This document shows, in pieces, positions 1-12,309 of a stretch of 64,000 bases of DNA; the stretch's first letter is position 1; the number at the start of each line of letters is the position of its first letter. Source of the stretch: Amoebidium appalachense (lineage: Eukaryota > Protista > Ichthyosporea); assembly GCA_963693365.1 (NCBI GenBank), contig CAVNZM010000002.1, forward strand, positions 806,001 through 870,000, written 5' to 3'. The notes below the pieces were generated by a model. It did no database searches and had not been told where the DNA came from. It saw only the letters and a list, made by a program, of their open reading frames with translations. The translations under genes and the position numbers were made by a program.

Positions 1-91
1 GTCTCATAGTTGCACAGTTACCGTATGATATGCTTTGCAGGCACGTGGGCGCCGACAAACACACTCACACGCATGTATGCGCGCGGGTACA

Positions 92-175
<84 letters not shown>

Positions 176-501
176 ACAGCCTGTTTCCCCAAACTACCAC
201 CACCGCTACGCGCCTTGCTTGCCAGCAGATTTCTTCAATTGTGGTCGGCTTATTGTATCATTGCATCTCGTATCGCAATAACCACCCCCCCCCCCCCCCC
301 CTCCCCCCCTTTCCTGCAACCCCTTTCCCCAAAACCCCCTTCCCCCCCCCCCCCCCCCCCCCCCCCCCGACCCCCTGCGCAAATACCCTTCGGGTGACTG
401 TCACAACCTGCATATAGTCTCCTCTTATGGATTACTTACTGAGAGATGTGCAACACGCATTCACACACGCACGCATGCGCATGCACACGCACGTCTGCGC
501 A

Positions 502-550
<49 letters not shown>

Positions 551-551
<1 letters not shown>

Positions 552-982
552 TGCCTACCGACTTTGAGATGGTCATCATAGATCGGCCAAAGGAAGTGCC
601 CTCGAACCCAACGAGACGGAGACTTCTCAACACTGAAAGAATACGAATAGACCCCCCAGACACCCAAATTTCCGTAAGTTTATTTCTAATGTACCGTATT
701 TCTTTTCCTCTTTCACTGCACATAGGCCCTGCTGACGCCCAATTATCAGCAGGTGTATTGCTCTTTCACTGCACACATGCACACAGAGAAACGCATTTAC
801 ACCTTCCCTCTCCCCCCCTTCTTCCCTCGGGGACACACGCACACAAGGCTTTTGAACACAATCATACACCATTGAGGGTGTACTTCATACCAAGATGTAC
901 ATACACCTTCAAACACCCCCCCCCCCCCCCCCCCCCCCCGGCGCCCTCACACCACCACCACCACCACACACACACACACTTA

Positions 983-1036
<54 letters not shown>

Positions 1037-2461
1037 CATGCACAAACAGACACACGCACACACAAGCACACACAAACACACGCACATACACACAAACAGG
1101 CACACCACCACCTTAACACACTCGTGCGCTGTTGTGATGTACTAGATACTGTGTACCACACCCTATCAAACCCCCCACACCCTATTACACATTTGCCCCC
1201 ACACCCTTCTAAACCCCCGACACCCTTTAATTATAAAACCTATTTAATAGGCCGGCAGTCAGAGGCACCAGTGCTGGGTTCGTGTCACTGCCCGCCACAC
1301 TGGTGTGTCTTTCCGTCCTGAGTTGCAGAACCCCCCAGTCGTCTACAACATTGGTGCGCTTAAACCCCCCCCCCCCCCCCCTCTCCCCTCCCCCCGCGCG
1401 CGTTTGCTCTTTGGGTATGGCCTGGTACCTGTGTGTACGTGTCTGCATTTACTCTGACTTTAGTGCTAAGCGTTGTTCTTTGATGCCTTTGTGCTTCATA
1501 CTGCCTGTAATAGTATATTAGAGGACGACCCCCCCCCCCCCCCCCCCCCCCCCCCTCACCCACCCCCCACTCCAACCCACCCACCCACCCACCCACCTGC
1601 GGCGGTACCACGCAAACAAAAACACCAAACAAGGACCATCTAACCGAGACACAAGATTAGCACGAATGCACCCACGTCCCAATGCCCGTATGAGCACACA
1701 CATTCGCCTCTCTCTCCCCCCCCCCCCCCCCTGATGAAGATGATTTCTTATTATAATTTACATGCATGCTCACACAACAAACTGAGCACACGTGTGTGCA
1801 AATATAAAACATGCAAGTACTTTCCAGCGTGCACCGATGTCGTGTTAGACACACACACATAAACACACATACACACGCACAAACGTGAGTGCAGGGCGAC
1901 TGAGGCGTGCACGCGCACACGTATACACGCACATAATCAAGCCAAACCCTTGCCACCGGTGGGTGGGAGGGGAATCGAAGCCGGGGGAAAGGGGGGAAAT
2001 GGGGTTCCTGATAACTATGCGTATACCAATATTTAATTATAAATCCCCCCCCTCCTCCCCCCCCCCCCCCCCCCCCCCTTCTCCCCCTCCTCCTTCCCCC
2101 CTTGCTCCTCCTCTCTCTCACTCTCTCCCTCCCTCCCCCCCCCCCCTCCCCCCCCCCTGTTTTCCCCCAACATATCCATATTGCAAACACCATTCCCACC
2201 CCCAACCCCCCTCCACCAACACACACAGGCACACCCACGCGTACACACACACGCACACACGCACTCGCGCGCGCGCGCACACACACACACACACACACAG
2301 TGGTTGCCAGCCTGATCCTTGGTGTTCCCACCGACGCGCTTGGTCTTGTTGGTGTGGCCGTGGTGGGTCTGGTGGTTGTGGGCTGGCTGGGGGTACCATG
2401 GTTTCTGGACTTTCTGGACAGAGACCCAGAGGCAGAAACCCCACAAGAAAAGAACGACTAA
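551..2461 (+). CDS. 3' part of a spliced gene for an uncharacterized single-pass membrane protein (5' exons not identified, probably upstream)
   Basis: GT-AG exons 551-673, 726-752 (uncertain), 1251-1353 and 2301-2461 join in frame: MPTDFEM...RRRLLNTERIRI...PPVVYNI/VVASLILGVP + hydrophobic segment + TAA. The order PxxF...RRLLNTE...YNIV...LGxP-TM recalls a conserved uncharacterized eukaryotic family (from memory). Confidence 0.7.
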
Positions 2462-2851
2462 TGGTCTTGGCCGGGCTGAATTCTCGAAGGCTGCCGAAAG
2501 GAAGGATGCATGCATGTGTGGGACGTTATCAGAACTCAGTAGTCATGTGTGTGTGTGTGTTGGCGGAGGGGGGGGGGGGGGGGGGGGGAGGGGGTTGCTC
2601 AAGAAAGGAATGAATGTACATTCTTGTGTACCAGCTATGTATACGTACACGAACAGGATTTACTTTTACTGATACTGTAATTCGAATGCAAGGATCTTTA
2701 GACATCAGCTCAATGCACTCTATACTGGCTAGCTACATCAACAAACACAGAAGGAATAGACATATAACAGGTTGCTATGCAAGATGGGCGGGACCCACTG
2801 CTATTTCGGTCGCACTAATAAAGAGACTTCCTCTTCCGACGTGTTCGGTAC

Positions 2852-2951
2852 ATTCTTCCCAATTGCAAGGTCACCTATAAGTAACCAGGAGGCCTTAATT
2901 CTTCCCAATTGCAAGGTCACCTATAAGTAACCAGCAGGCCTTAATTCTTCC
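2852..2951. repeat. 46-bp tandem duplication (2 copies plus partial)
   Basis: attcttcccaattgcaaggtcacctataagtaaccag(g/c)aggcctta at 2852 and 2898, partial third copy at 2944. Confidence 0.95.
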
Positions 2952-3030
2952 ACTAAGTCAATGAACGTGTCGCGCTTCTTGGGGATGCATGCGGATGAGC
3001 CAGCCAGATTACCATGCGGAATGTGCAGAC

Positions 3031-3191
3031 GGGATTTTCGTAACTTTTCTACATGTAAGACAAGGCCGATACTTTCCCAAATCCAAGACGTAGACCCACC
3101 GCCTACAATTAAATCTTGCCTGAACATCCCACGTCTTTGATTTGGGAAAGTATCGGCCTTGTCTTACATGTAGAAAAGTTACGAAAATCCC
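3031..3191. mobile_element. MITE-like long inverted repeat (61-bp arms, 39-bp spacer)
   Basis: 3031-3091 and 3131-3191 are reverse complements with one mismatch. No clear target-site duplication. Confidence 0.7.
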
Positions 3192-3304
3192 TATGCACAA
3201 AGCAGCCTGTTCACACGTAACTGTTGCACATTAAGGGAAGTCTCGTCCGGACAACAAGGCATGTTTGCAAATAGCTGAGACATGGATAATTGTGGGTGGT
3301 GCAG

Positions 3305-3310
3305 TTTATT
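3305..3310 (-). terminator. Putative polyadenylation signal AATAAA of EF-1alpha
   Basis: tttatt on +, about 165 nt after the EF-1alpha stop; GT-rich sequence follows on the - strand. Confidence 0.55.
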
Positions 3311-3475
3311 GGACATTCGGCACGGTGCTACCCACGGTTAAGGTCGTAGCTTCACCTATATTCAACGTTCATAACTAAGCCACACACGGCAAACCAGGCC
3401 ATGCTTATGGTGCGTAATCGACTACATTCACATTCACTATACAACGATCAAGCAAAGAAATATGGCCAACACCAT

Positions 3476-4864
3476 TTACTTCTTGCCACCCTTCTTGGCA
3501 GCGGCAGTGGCGCCCTTGCCACCAGCAGCGGCCTTGTCGACCTTCTCGACGGACTTGATCACACCGACGGCCACGGTCTGCCTCATGTCGCGCACGGCAA
3601 AGCGACCAAGAGGGGGGTAGGCCTGGAAGGACTCGACACACATGGGCTTCTGGGGCACCATGGTAACCATGGCGGCGTCACCGGACTTGACGAACTTTGG
3701 CAGGTCCTCAAGCTTCTTGCCGGAGCGGCGGTCGATCTTCTCCTGGATCTCGGCGAACTTGCAGGCAATGTGGGCAGTGTGGCAGTCGAGCACGGGGGCA
3801 TAGCCGTTGCCGATCTGGCCGGGGTGGTTGAGGATGATGACCTGGGCAAGGAAGGACTTGGACTCCTTGGGGGGGTCGTTCTTGGAGTCACCAGCGACGT
3901 TGCCACGGCGGATATCCTTGACGGAAACGTTCTTGATATTGAAGCCGACGTTGTCACCCGGCACGGCCTCGGGCATGGACTCGTGGTGCATCTCCACGGA
4001 CTTGACTTCAGTGGTCACACCGGTGGGGGCGAAGGTGACGACCATGCCGGGCTTGATGATACCGGTCTCCACACGGCCCACGGGCACAGTGCCGATACCG
4101 CCGATCTTGTACACATCCTGGAGGGGCAGGCGGAGGGGCTTGTCCGTGGGGCGCTTGGGCGGCAGGATGGCATCGAGGGCCTCCAGAAGGGTCTTGCCGC
4201 TGGCATTGCCCTCCTTGCGCTCGACCTCCCATCCCTTGTACCAAGGCATGTTGTCGGTGGGCTCGATCATGTTGTCACCGTGCCAGCCGGAGATGGGCAC
4301 GAAGGCAACGGCCTTGGGGTTGTAGCCGATCTTCTTGATGTAGTTGGACACTTCACTCACGATTTCGTTGAAGCGCTCCTGGTTGAACTTGATCGAGTCC
4401 ATCTTGTTGACGGCGACGATCAGCTGCTTGACACCGAGGGTGAAGGCGAGCAGGGCGTGCTCACGGGTCTGGCCATCCTTGGAGATACCAGCCTCGAACT
4501 CACCAGTACCGGCGGCAACGATGAGCACGGCGCAGTCGGCCTGGGAGGTACCCGTGATCATGTTCTTGATGAAGTCGCGGTGGCCCGGGGCGTCGATGAT
4601 GGTGACCATGTACTTGGTGGTCTCGAACTTCCACAGGGCAATGTCGATGGTGATACCGCGCTCGCGCTCGGCCTTCAGTTTGTCCAGCACCCAGGCATAC
4701 TTGAACGAGCCCTTGCCCATTTCCTGGGCTTCCTTCTCGAACTTCTCGATGGTACGCTTGTCGATACCACCGCACTTGTAGATGAGGTGACCGGTAGAGG
4801 TGGACTTGCCGGAGTCCACGTGCCCGATCACGACGATGTTGATATGAGACTTATCCTTTCCCAT
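3476..4864 (-). CDS. EEF1A: Translation elongation factor 1-alpha, intronless
   Basis: [41 protein letters not shown]; contains the opisthokont insertion [15 protein letters not shown]. True ATG at 4864 (aaaATGG). Strong GC3 bias. Confidence 0.99.
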   Translation of the reverse strand: MGKDKSHINIVVIGHVDSGKSTSTGHLIYKCGGIDKRTIEKFEKEAQEMGKGSFKYAWVLDKLKAERERGITIDIALWKFETTKYMVTIIDAPGHRDFIKNMITGTSQADCAVLIVAAGTGEFEAGISKDGQTREHALLAFTLGVKQLIVAVNKMDSIKFNQERFNEIVSEVSNYIKKIGYNPKAVAFVPISGWHGDNMIEPTDNMPWYKGWEVERKEGNASGKTLLEALDAILPPKRPTDKPLRLPLQDVYKIGGIGTVPVGRVETGIIKPGMVVTFAPTGVTTEVKSVEMHHESMPEAVPGDNVGFNIKNVSVKDIRRGNVAGDSKNDPPKESKSFLAQVIILNHPGQIGNGYAPVLDCHTAHIACKFAEIQEKIDRRSGKKLEDLPKFVKSGDAAMVTMVPQKPMCVESFQAYPPLGRFAVRDMRQTVAVGVIKSVEKVDKAAAGGKGATAAAKKGGKK

Positions 4865-4931
4865 TTTTGCGGGTGCGTACAGACAGAGAGGTTCTGAGTG
4901 TGCGAGGAGTGAAAAATGGTTGCGTTTTCTG

Positions 4932-5021
4932 TTATATAGGTGCCATGTGGATTCTGCACAGGCCAATCAAATGGCTATGTTTAGTCGGCCAAACAGCATA
5001 GCTCTGCATTCTTTCTATTGG
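4932..5021 (-). promoter_or_regulatory. EF-1alpha core promoter (TATA plus CCAAT boxes)
   Basis: TATATAA on - at 4938-4932, about 70 nt upstream of the ATG; CCAAT/ATTGG near 4963 and 5017. Confidence 0.65.
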
Positions 5022-6844
5022 TTGTTAGGACCTGGCCATGTGAGTGACGAATGGTTTGGGAACAGTGCTTTACACACGGATTCTTCTATATCAACATGAT
5101 GCCATGCTTTAGAAAGAAAAAAAAAGAAATTAACTTTTATTAACTACAATACCGATATAGCCGGGGAGTAACCGGCCGGCCAAACGAGCCGGTCACTTAG
5201 CCGGCCGCTTTTAGATCTGCCGGGGCGTGTGAGGTCATGAGGAATTTTTATCCCCGCTCTGGCAATGACAACCTCGGCGTTGTATACGACGTTTGTAACG
5301 GGAGATGTTGCTGCTTTCAAAATGGAATATATAGTTACTAACCCTATTAACATTCTATATAACCATTTGTACATAATGTCTGCTCCGTTTCTAGTTTCTA
5401 CCATGGCGCAAAGGTCGGCTTCACTGATGCGGACTCTGATACACGTGGCTCCTACTGGCGGTGTTTACCTGGAGGAGGATTGGTTAACAGTCACACCTGT
5501 TTGTTGCCTGCGGCGTAGTTGACCCAAGCTCAGCAATGCCCAATCAGAGCAAACAGAAATATTTTAGAGTCAGCTCCTAAACAGTATAATAGATGACATA
5601 TAACGAATCAAATCTTCCTCTTGCTCCATTGAACAACTTTATGTTTGAGTTGCTGGCTTTCATAGTTCCATAATACAAGAATTAAAATATATTTATGATA
5701 TACGTAAAGTTTAACAGGTTTATTTAAGAACTAAGAGCTGGTGTTTTTAACAGTGTTTTTGGCAATATTTGGCGTGAAGAATACACTGAAAAATGCTAAC
5801 TCTATCATTTTGTAGCGAATCGAATGGCGCGTTAGAATCTGATAATGCCGCATTCCTTTGCCTTAACCCAAAATCCCCCCGTGACCAATCAGCCCCTTTG
5901 TGGATCCACATGGTCGCACCATATATGGAAGTCATTTTGAATATTTTCGTGTCAGTGTGTTCTGTCTCAGTGACAAACGGCGGCTGTGAGCGAATTTTTT
6001 TTTTTTGTTTTAGGTTCCCATGGCGGCCGTGATGTTTCTTATTAACTCTACGTGCAATAAGTAGCCTGTCCCCCACCTTCGGTCAAAAAGAAAGAGCAGG
6101 CTGCTGTGGACCAAAGTAGCTGCGGGGTGATTATGAGGGTGGTGACGCTAGTCAGTTGCTCAAAACACAGGTGGGTATCTTCGGCTCTTTGCTCTGTGTC
6201 CGCCCACATTCCCTGGTTTTCTCCTTCAGATTCGCCTTTCCTCCTGCTCTCTAATGTAGTTCAAATCCTGTTGCTGCCATGCCTCTATACATCCGCCACA
6301 GGATGTCCTATACGTCGCCACATATAGGCACGGATCATGGCAACATTTGCGCCGCGCGCTTTTCCTTTCTTTCTGGCCTGGTGTCCTTGACGTATAACCT
6401 TGATTCTGATGTGTTGTGTTTCTCTGATCTCCTTTTTTTGTACCCCACGCTCCTGTCTTGCGTGCTTCTGTGATGTCTCCCCTCCCTCCTTGGTGGGCTT
6501 GCCCCCCCTAATCCCCTCCCCCCCCCCCCTCCCCCCCCCCCCCCTGCCCCTCCCCGGGCTCCACGTCTAGATCTACCGGTCTAGTTTGCTCGTGCTCATC
6601 CCCACCCCGCCCTCCCCCGGTTCTCTGTTTATTGCTAGGGTTGCTGCATCCGCTATCTTTTTGCAGTGGTTGTGTAGTTACTGGGCTCGGTGACTTTCTT
6701 TCTCACCTCGAAGCAGTGAATGTTTCGAGCCTTCTGCTGATCTCGTGTTCCTCCTATGTTCGTCACAGTCCTTCAGCGGTTTTCCTATTCTTGGTGCTCT
6801 ATGCCTTCTCTTCTCTCTCTCTCCCTCTCTCCCTCTCTCCCTCA

Positions 6845-6915
<71 letters not shown>

Positions 6916-7339
6916 TCTCTTCTCTCTCTCTCTCTTTCCCTCCCCCCCCCCCCCCGTCCCAAACACACAGACACACACGAATTATCACCACCACCAGTCA
7001 CTAACATTTTGATGAAGTTCCCTATATGTTTAGCATTGATTCTTGTGTTCGTCCTATAGCTCCTACGACGTTTCCTTTGTATTTTTTTGCATTTGGTGCT
7101 CTGAACACAAACCGCGGGCGGGCTTGGGAGGGGGGGGGGGGGGGATAAGAGCTTGCAAGCTCACGCAGAGGCCACATAGGTCTGCATGCGCTGCTTTCTT
7201 TGTTTATGGGTCCTTTGTTCCTTGTCCTTTTACTCCCCCTCCCTCTACCCCCCCCCCCCCCCCCCCCCCCCCCCCACTACCACCACCACCACCCGCCTTC
7301 CTCCCCATCCTCTCCGTTTTTCCAGGTGTGTGTGTGCGT

Positions 7340-7379
<40 letters not shown>

Positions 7380-7815
7380 ATCTGTTTGGGGGGGGGGGGG
7401 GGGAGGAGGGGGGGAACCACATTATGCACAAACAAGATCAAAGGTATGTATCGGTTTTCCACAGTGTTCCTGTGTTAACGGTATGCGTAGATTTTTTTGG
7501 ATTTGAGTCATTGGGTCCCTTCGTATTTTTCATTTTTCAACGGATGATCTCGAACAGGCCCACATACCGCATTTCCCCCTCTCCCTCCCCACCCCAAGAA
7601 AATAATAATAATGAAAAGCTAAAAAAAAATTATAAAAAAAAGAAACCACTCACACACACACACACGGGCAACTAATAAAAAATAACACACACACATTCGC
7701 GCGCAAGCAATCATATATACACATACCCACAAGCGCGCTCGCAGGGGACTATAATTGCTTCCTTTGCCGTTCCCCAATTAATTTTGCTGTCGTGTCCCCC
7801 CAAAACCGCCCCCCC

Positions 7816-7847
<32 letters not shown>

Positions 7848-7868
7848 CCAAACACGCTCGCACACGCG

Positions 7869-7912
<44 letters not shown>

Positions 7913-8066
7913 AACCCCGTTGTTCCTTCCTCAAGGGCTAGCCAAACTGTTTTTATGTTATTGATGGCGAGACATGGACTCTTCTTGTGTTCGTGAGTGG
8001 TTGGTTGGAATGACCCTGACTCGTGGTTCGTGGCGGCCAGATATACCTGTTGCCTTGTGCAGGTGG

Positions 8067-8100
<34 letters not shown>

Positions 8101-8101
<1 letters not shown>

Positions 8102-8500
8102 ACATCTTTACTTCCATGCAACCGGGCATGGTTGCTCTGTGTCGTGCATCTGTAAGCACATACGCGTTTTTCGCTGCACTGCATTAGTTTGCACACACAT
8201 CTTCATCGTTTTGCTCACCTTGCTTGCATAAGCAACCCTGCTCGTCTTTGATCAAGACGGGTTGACCCACCCAAGTTCAGTTGATGCTGCTGTCTGAGTT
8301 GGAGCGTCGTATATACGCGGGCTAAGGGGTCGAAACTCAGACGCAATTGATGACTTGGGCCCTCCCTGAGGATGGGCTCTGCTTATGACGCATACTGTGC
8401 GCACGGCTGATGTTGCATACTTGAATGTTTGCCTTTGCATGTGTCCTGCACCATGCTTCTCATCGTGTATGCGTACTTCGTACTGTGTTCCGCATGCAAA
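8101..8500 (+). mobile_element. Full-length copy of poly(C)-tailed SINE-like element (family A)
   Basis: 400 bp, about 98% identical to 61457-61856 (7 differences counted). C-runs on both sides. Confidence 0.85.
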
Positions 8501-8534
8501 CCCCCCCCCCCCCCCCCCCCCCCCCCCCGGCCCT

Positions 8535-8583
<49 letters not shown>

Positions 8584-8875
8584 ATACACATACACATACA
8601 TACCCTTTACCCCTTTAATCACCGCGAGGGTGGCTTTGCTTACGATGCACATGTATAATCTTTTTGTATCCTTTGCAGTAATGATGTTAAGTTGTCCGTC
8701 ATGAATGGTGTTTCCATTCAGTATGGCTTCTAACACTTCTCCCCTCTAATCTCCTTTTTATTTGGTTTTTTTGCTTTTTTCCTCGTGTTGTTGATGTTTT
8801 TTATTTTTGTGTTTTTATTTATTATTTATTTTCATTTTATTTTTTATCTATTTAATATTTACTTATTATTTATTT

Positions 8876-8912
<37 letters not shown>

Positions 8913-11184
8913 GGCAATGGTAATCCTTTGAAGTGTAGAGCCACTGTGTGGCTCATGGGTAACCCCCCTACATGGGCAAATTCACCAATAAACGAACTGA
9001 AATTTGGATGTCTGGCTGCGTGCTGTGATCCCGTCATGCCAATTGGAAGGGGAGGGGGCTCAACCACGATCCCCATTTGCTGAAAGTCATTTTAGTTTGG
9101 AACTCAAAAAGTGTAAGGCGCCTGTGCCAAACATAGCGATGAGTGTTCATTCCGGGAATTCCAGGACAGAGATGCCGTAGGATGATTCTTGATCTTGAAA
9201 CGAGATGGGATCAGTGGAAGGTTTTTTTTTTAAAAAAAAAAAAAAAAATCGGTGGTGGTGGTGGGGGTGTTGGGGGGGGGGGGGGGTGACCCACCCATCC
9301 CACCGGCTAACATGACTATATTAGATAGCCTGGTCGTTTAACTATGATTTTGCAGTGGTTTTAATTAATATTACATTTAAGGTCTCCTTGGTTACCTGAC
9401 ACTCAGGCTACATTGTCTGGTCATATGCTCGAGCTCCCCCCTCCCCCTCCCCCCCCGTTGAAATGAAAATAAATATAAAAATGAAAATAATAATAAAAAT
9501 AAACACGACTACCCCCCCCCCCCCCCCCCCCCCCCCCCCCTTCCCCCCTCCCCCTCTTCCCCATTTGTCCCGGCTTCCCCCCCCATCCCCGCCCCATCCC
9601 CCCCACCCATCCCCCCCCCACCCCCTCCCCCCACCCTCCCCCCCCCCCCCCCCCCCCCAACCCCTCTTCCCGTTAAGAAGTTTTTGCACCTGATTTATTC
9701 CCCTAGTATTTGGACAACTGTGATTGCAATGTATGTCGTTTTTGCTGAGTGCTAGCGTGTTTTATGCAGTTAACTTGAATCGATCTGCCGTGTCCCTGAA
9801 CCCCCGTTCAGCTTGACACGCGGGGGGTGGGGGGGGGGGGGGAGGGGGGGAGGGGGGAGGGGGGAGGGGGGAGATCCCATGGAAGCAGGGGAGGGCTCGG
9901 TGAATCAGTGGTAAAAGGTCTAGTAGCAAAATTTTTGGTCATCTAGACTCTTTTCGGATAACGGTATTCAGGCCTAGGAACCCTAACTTCATATCGCTCA
10001 GGGGACTATTATGTAAGGCTTTCCTGTGCCCCCCCCCCCCCCCCCCCCCCTCCCCCCCCCCCCCCCCCCTTCCGCCTACCCAACCACCCGGGGATTCATG
10101 ATTTTAAAACGGGGGAGGGGGGTAGTAGTAATATTGTTTTTGGGGGGGGGAGTGGGGGGGGAGGGGGGGGAGAGGGGAGGGGGGGGGGAGGACCCACCCA
10201 CCCCATAGGCTGCCATCATGTGTATATCAATATCATGTGAATATCATCAGATAACTATGACATTGCTATACCCTGTTTACATAATTGTATTATAATAATC
10301 AGCAGCGGTTTACATCAGTTGTCAATGCCAATGCTAAAAAGATTCCTTGATCACCTGAAACTCAGGCTGTATGCCGTACGGCCATACTCCCTCCCCCCTT
10401 CCCCCCGTCTGGCGCACGCACACACTACGCACACGCACACCACCACCATTACATTGCCCCCACTGCACCGGTGAAGAAATCTAAGATCTGGTTGCTACGT
10501 GTTGAGGTCGTGTTCACCATTTGCGGTAACCCTGCTGCTATTGCAGAGGAGGGGGGGGAGGAGGGAGGGGTCCAAAGGGTTCAAGTTTGTCAAGCCTTTT
10601 GTTTTTATTTATTCTTTTTTCAAAAAGGAGATGACTGGCATTCATTAGAGTTGCTGCAGCTCCCAGGGCATAAATGTAGTTACCGGAAATCATCACACGC
10701 ACACAGCCCAAATTTACATCTACTTGCAAGAATCTATACATCAGTATGAAGAAAGAAAAACCTCAAATCAAAGTATTCTCTTCAAATCAACCAAAACCAA
10801 CATATTAGTCAGTCTACTATACAAATACAATCCACTATTATTAGAAAGCTGCAAAACTATGTTATTACTGGTTGTATGATAAAGAGCTAACTGATTTATA
10901 GGACCCCGAGGGCTATAAATTACTAAGCACTAACCTAGATTTCGAATTAGTGATCCGAACTGGTGCTACTTCAACAGGTTGTGCTGAAAAACACATACTT
11001 GAAGCAATTTAATCTAATATCCTCGAAGCTTGCATTCATTCATATCTCATTGCTAATTCACAAGCAAAGCGTCCTTAAAACATACACCATAAGCAAACCA
11101 TACAGACTAACATTAAGTTGAATGGGACAACAACCCATACAAAAAAACCTTCAACTCTTTTCACAGCAGCTAGTACTACATAGG

Positions 11185-12309
11185 CTAGCAAGCAGCAGCA
11201 TCTAAATTCTGGTGTGGCACCGCATTACTGTGTGTCCCCGTGGTCCAGCCACGGAGACTCTCTGCCCAGCCCTCACCCAGAACATTCTTCATGACGTCAC
11301 CCATAGCAACCATCCCGTTCTCAACCAACGAAACCACTTGTGATTGGACCCCTGCACCTAAACTACCACGTGTTCGCCCACGCACCCACGCACGGCAAAC
11401 GGTAAACACATCCACGGGCCCAGGCGCATTTGACTCGCACACAGACACCTGCATTGTTTGCGAATTGCAGCGTTTGTGCAGAACCCGCATGCATGGCGAG
11501 CGCTGTCTTTGGCTTCTCCGTAGTTCGTTTCGTGCGAGTTCGCGCCAGCGGCAGTTAACAGAGTAGACAAGTTTGGGCCATTTCTTACAGCTAGCCACAC
11601 GTTCCATCGTTGGAATGTAGTCGCGCAAGTTTCCTCTGGAATCGACAATTTCCAATCCAAGCGCAAGCGCTGGAAATGTGGCGCAATTAGCTGTCATGTC
11701 GTCTGCAAACCATCGACCCTCTTCGTTCGGTGCTACAAACGGGAAACTGTATTTGTAGCCATGCTTGCCCTCTTGGATTCGCGCGACTTTCTCTTTCACG
11801 GTGAGATATCGTTCCAAACTCAAAATTCGCTGTGTTTCAGTTACCGTCGTATTCCACCCCTCCTCCACGTGCAACCTTTGTGCCTCCTTAAACGTTTCCG
11901 TGTCGTTGGAAAGTGTGCCCGGAAACACCTCGTGTGTTTTCAAACGGTCCAGATACAATTTCAGACTGGTTACCTCCGGAGGCATGATGGGTTGAAACCC
12001 CAGAATGGTGTCACCTCCGTCAAGCGAAAAACCAACATGGCCCGTATAAAGCAAAAGGTTTTCTTCTACTTTATTTTGCACGAGTTCACGCACGTCTTCG
12101 GGTAGGTCTGCAACACGCACGTCATTTATGGAACGAACACCCCGGAACCCATACACTTTAACTACAACCCCTGCCTGCTTGGGATTAACGTGTCCGTCGA
12201 TGGTGATGGGGTTTTTGTTTTCAGCACCGAATACGGTGTGCTCACGACCGGCAGAGTTTGGTGCCAGCCAGTCTATGAGCTGGCCCTCCTTCCAATTCAA
12301 AATAACCAT
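11185..12309 (-). CDS. Uncharacterized protein with permuted papain/NlpC-P60-like (His...Cys) toxin-type domain; candidate horizontal acquisition
   Basis: 374-codon open, high-complexity ORF, aaaATGG start. Motifs YTGHVGFSLDGG..GFQP, FPG..SNDT..F, YKYSFP, NCATFP..LGL. A possible intron in the last third is not excluded. Confidence 0.7.
   Translation of the reverse strand: MVILNWKEGQLIDWLAPNSAGREHTVFGAENKNPITIDGHVNPKQAGVVVKVYGFRGVRSINDVRVADLPEDVRELVQNKVEENLLLYTGHVGFSLDGGDTILGFQPIMPPEVTSLKLYLDRLKTHEVFPGTLSNDTETFKEAQRLHVEEGWNTTVTETQRILSLERYLTVKEKVARIQEGKHGYKYSFPFVAPNEEGRWFADDMTANCATFPALALGLEIVDSRGNLRDYIPTMERVASCKKWPKLVYSVNCRWRELARNELRRSQRQRSPCMRVLHKRCNSQTMQVSVCESNAPGPVDVFTVCRAWVRGRTRGSLGAGVQSQVVSLVENGMVAMGDVMKNVLGEGWAESLRGWTTGTHSNAVPHQNLDAAAC

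Noticed and set aside
3401-4897. 498-aa + strand ORF
   Set aside because: Antisense shadow of EF-1alpha caused by strong GC3 codon bias.
4865-4966. N-terminal extension of EF-1alpha in the ORF track
   Set aside because: Starts at a non-ATG codon and runs through the TATA box; the conserved start is MGKDK at 4864.
8326-8372. Hammerhead ribozyme (CTGAGGA and GAAA motifs) in family A
   Set aside because: The motifs cannot be arranged with the required three helices and cleavage triplet.
8666-8674. GTATCCTTT U12 donor-like motif
   Set aside because: No upstream coding exon or downstream U12 branch site/exon could be identified.
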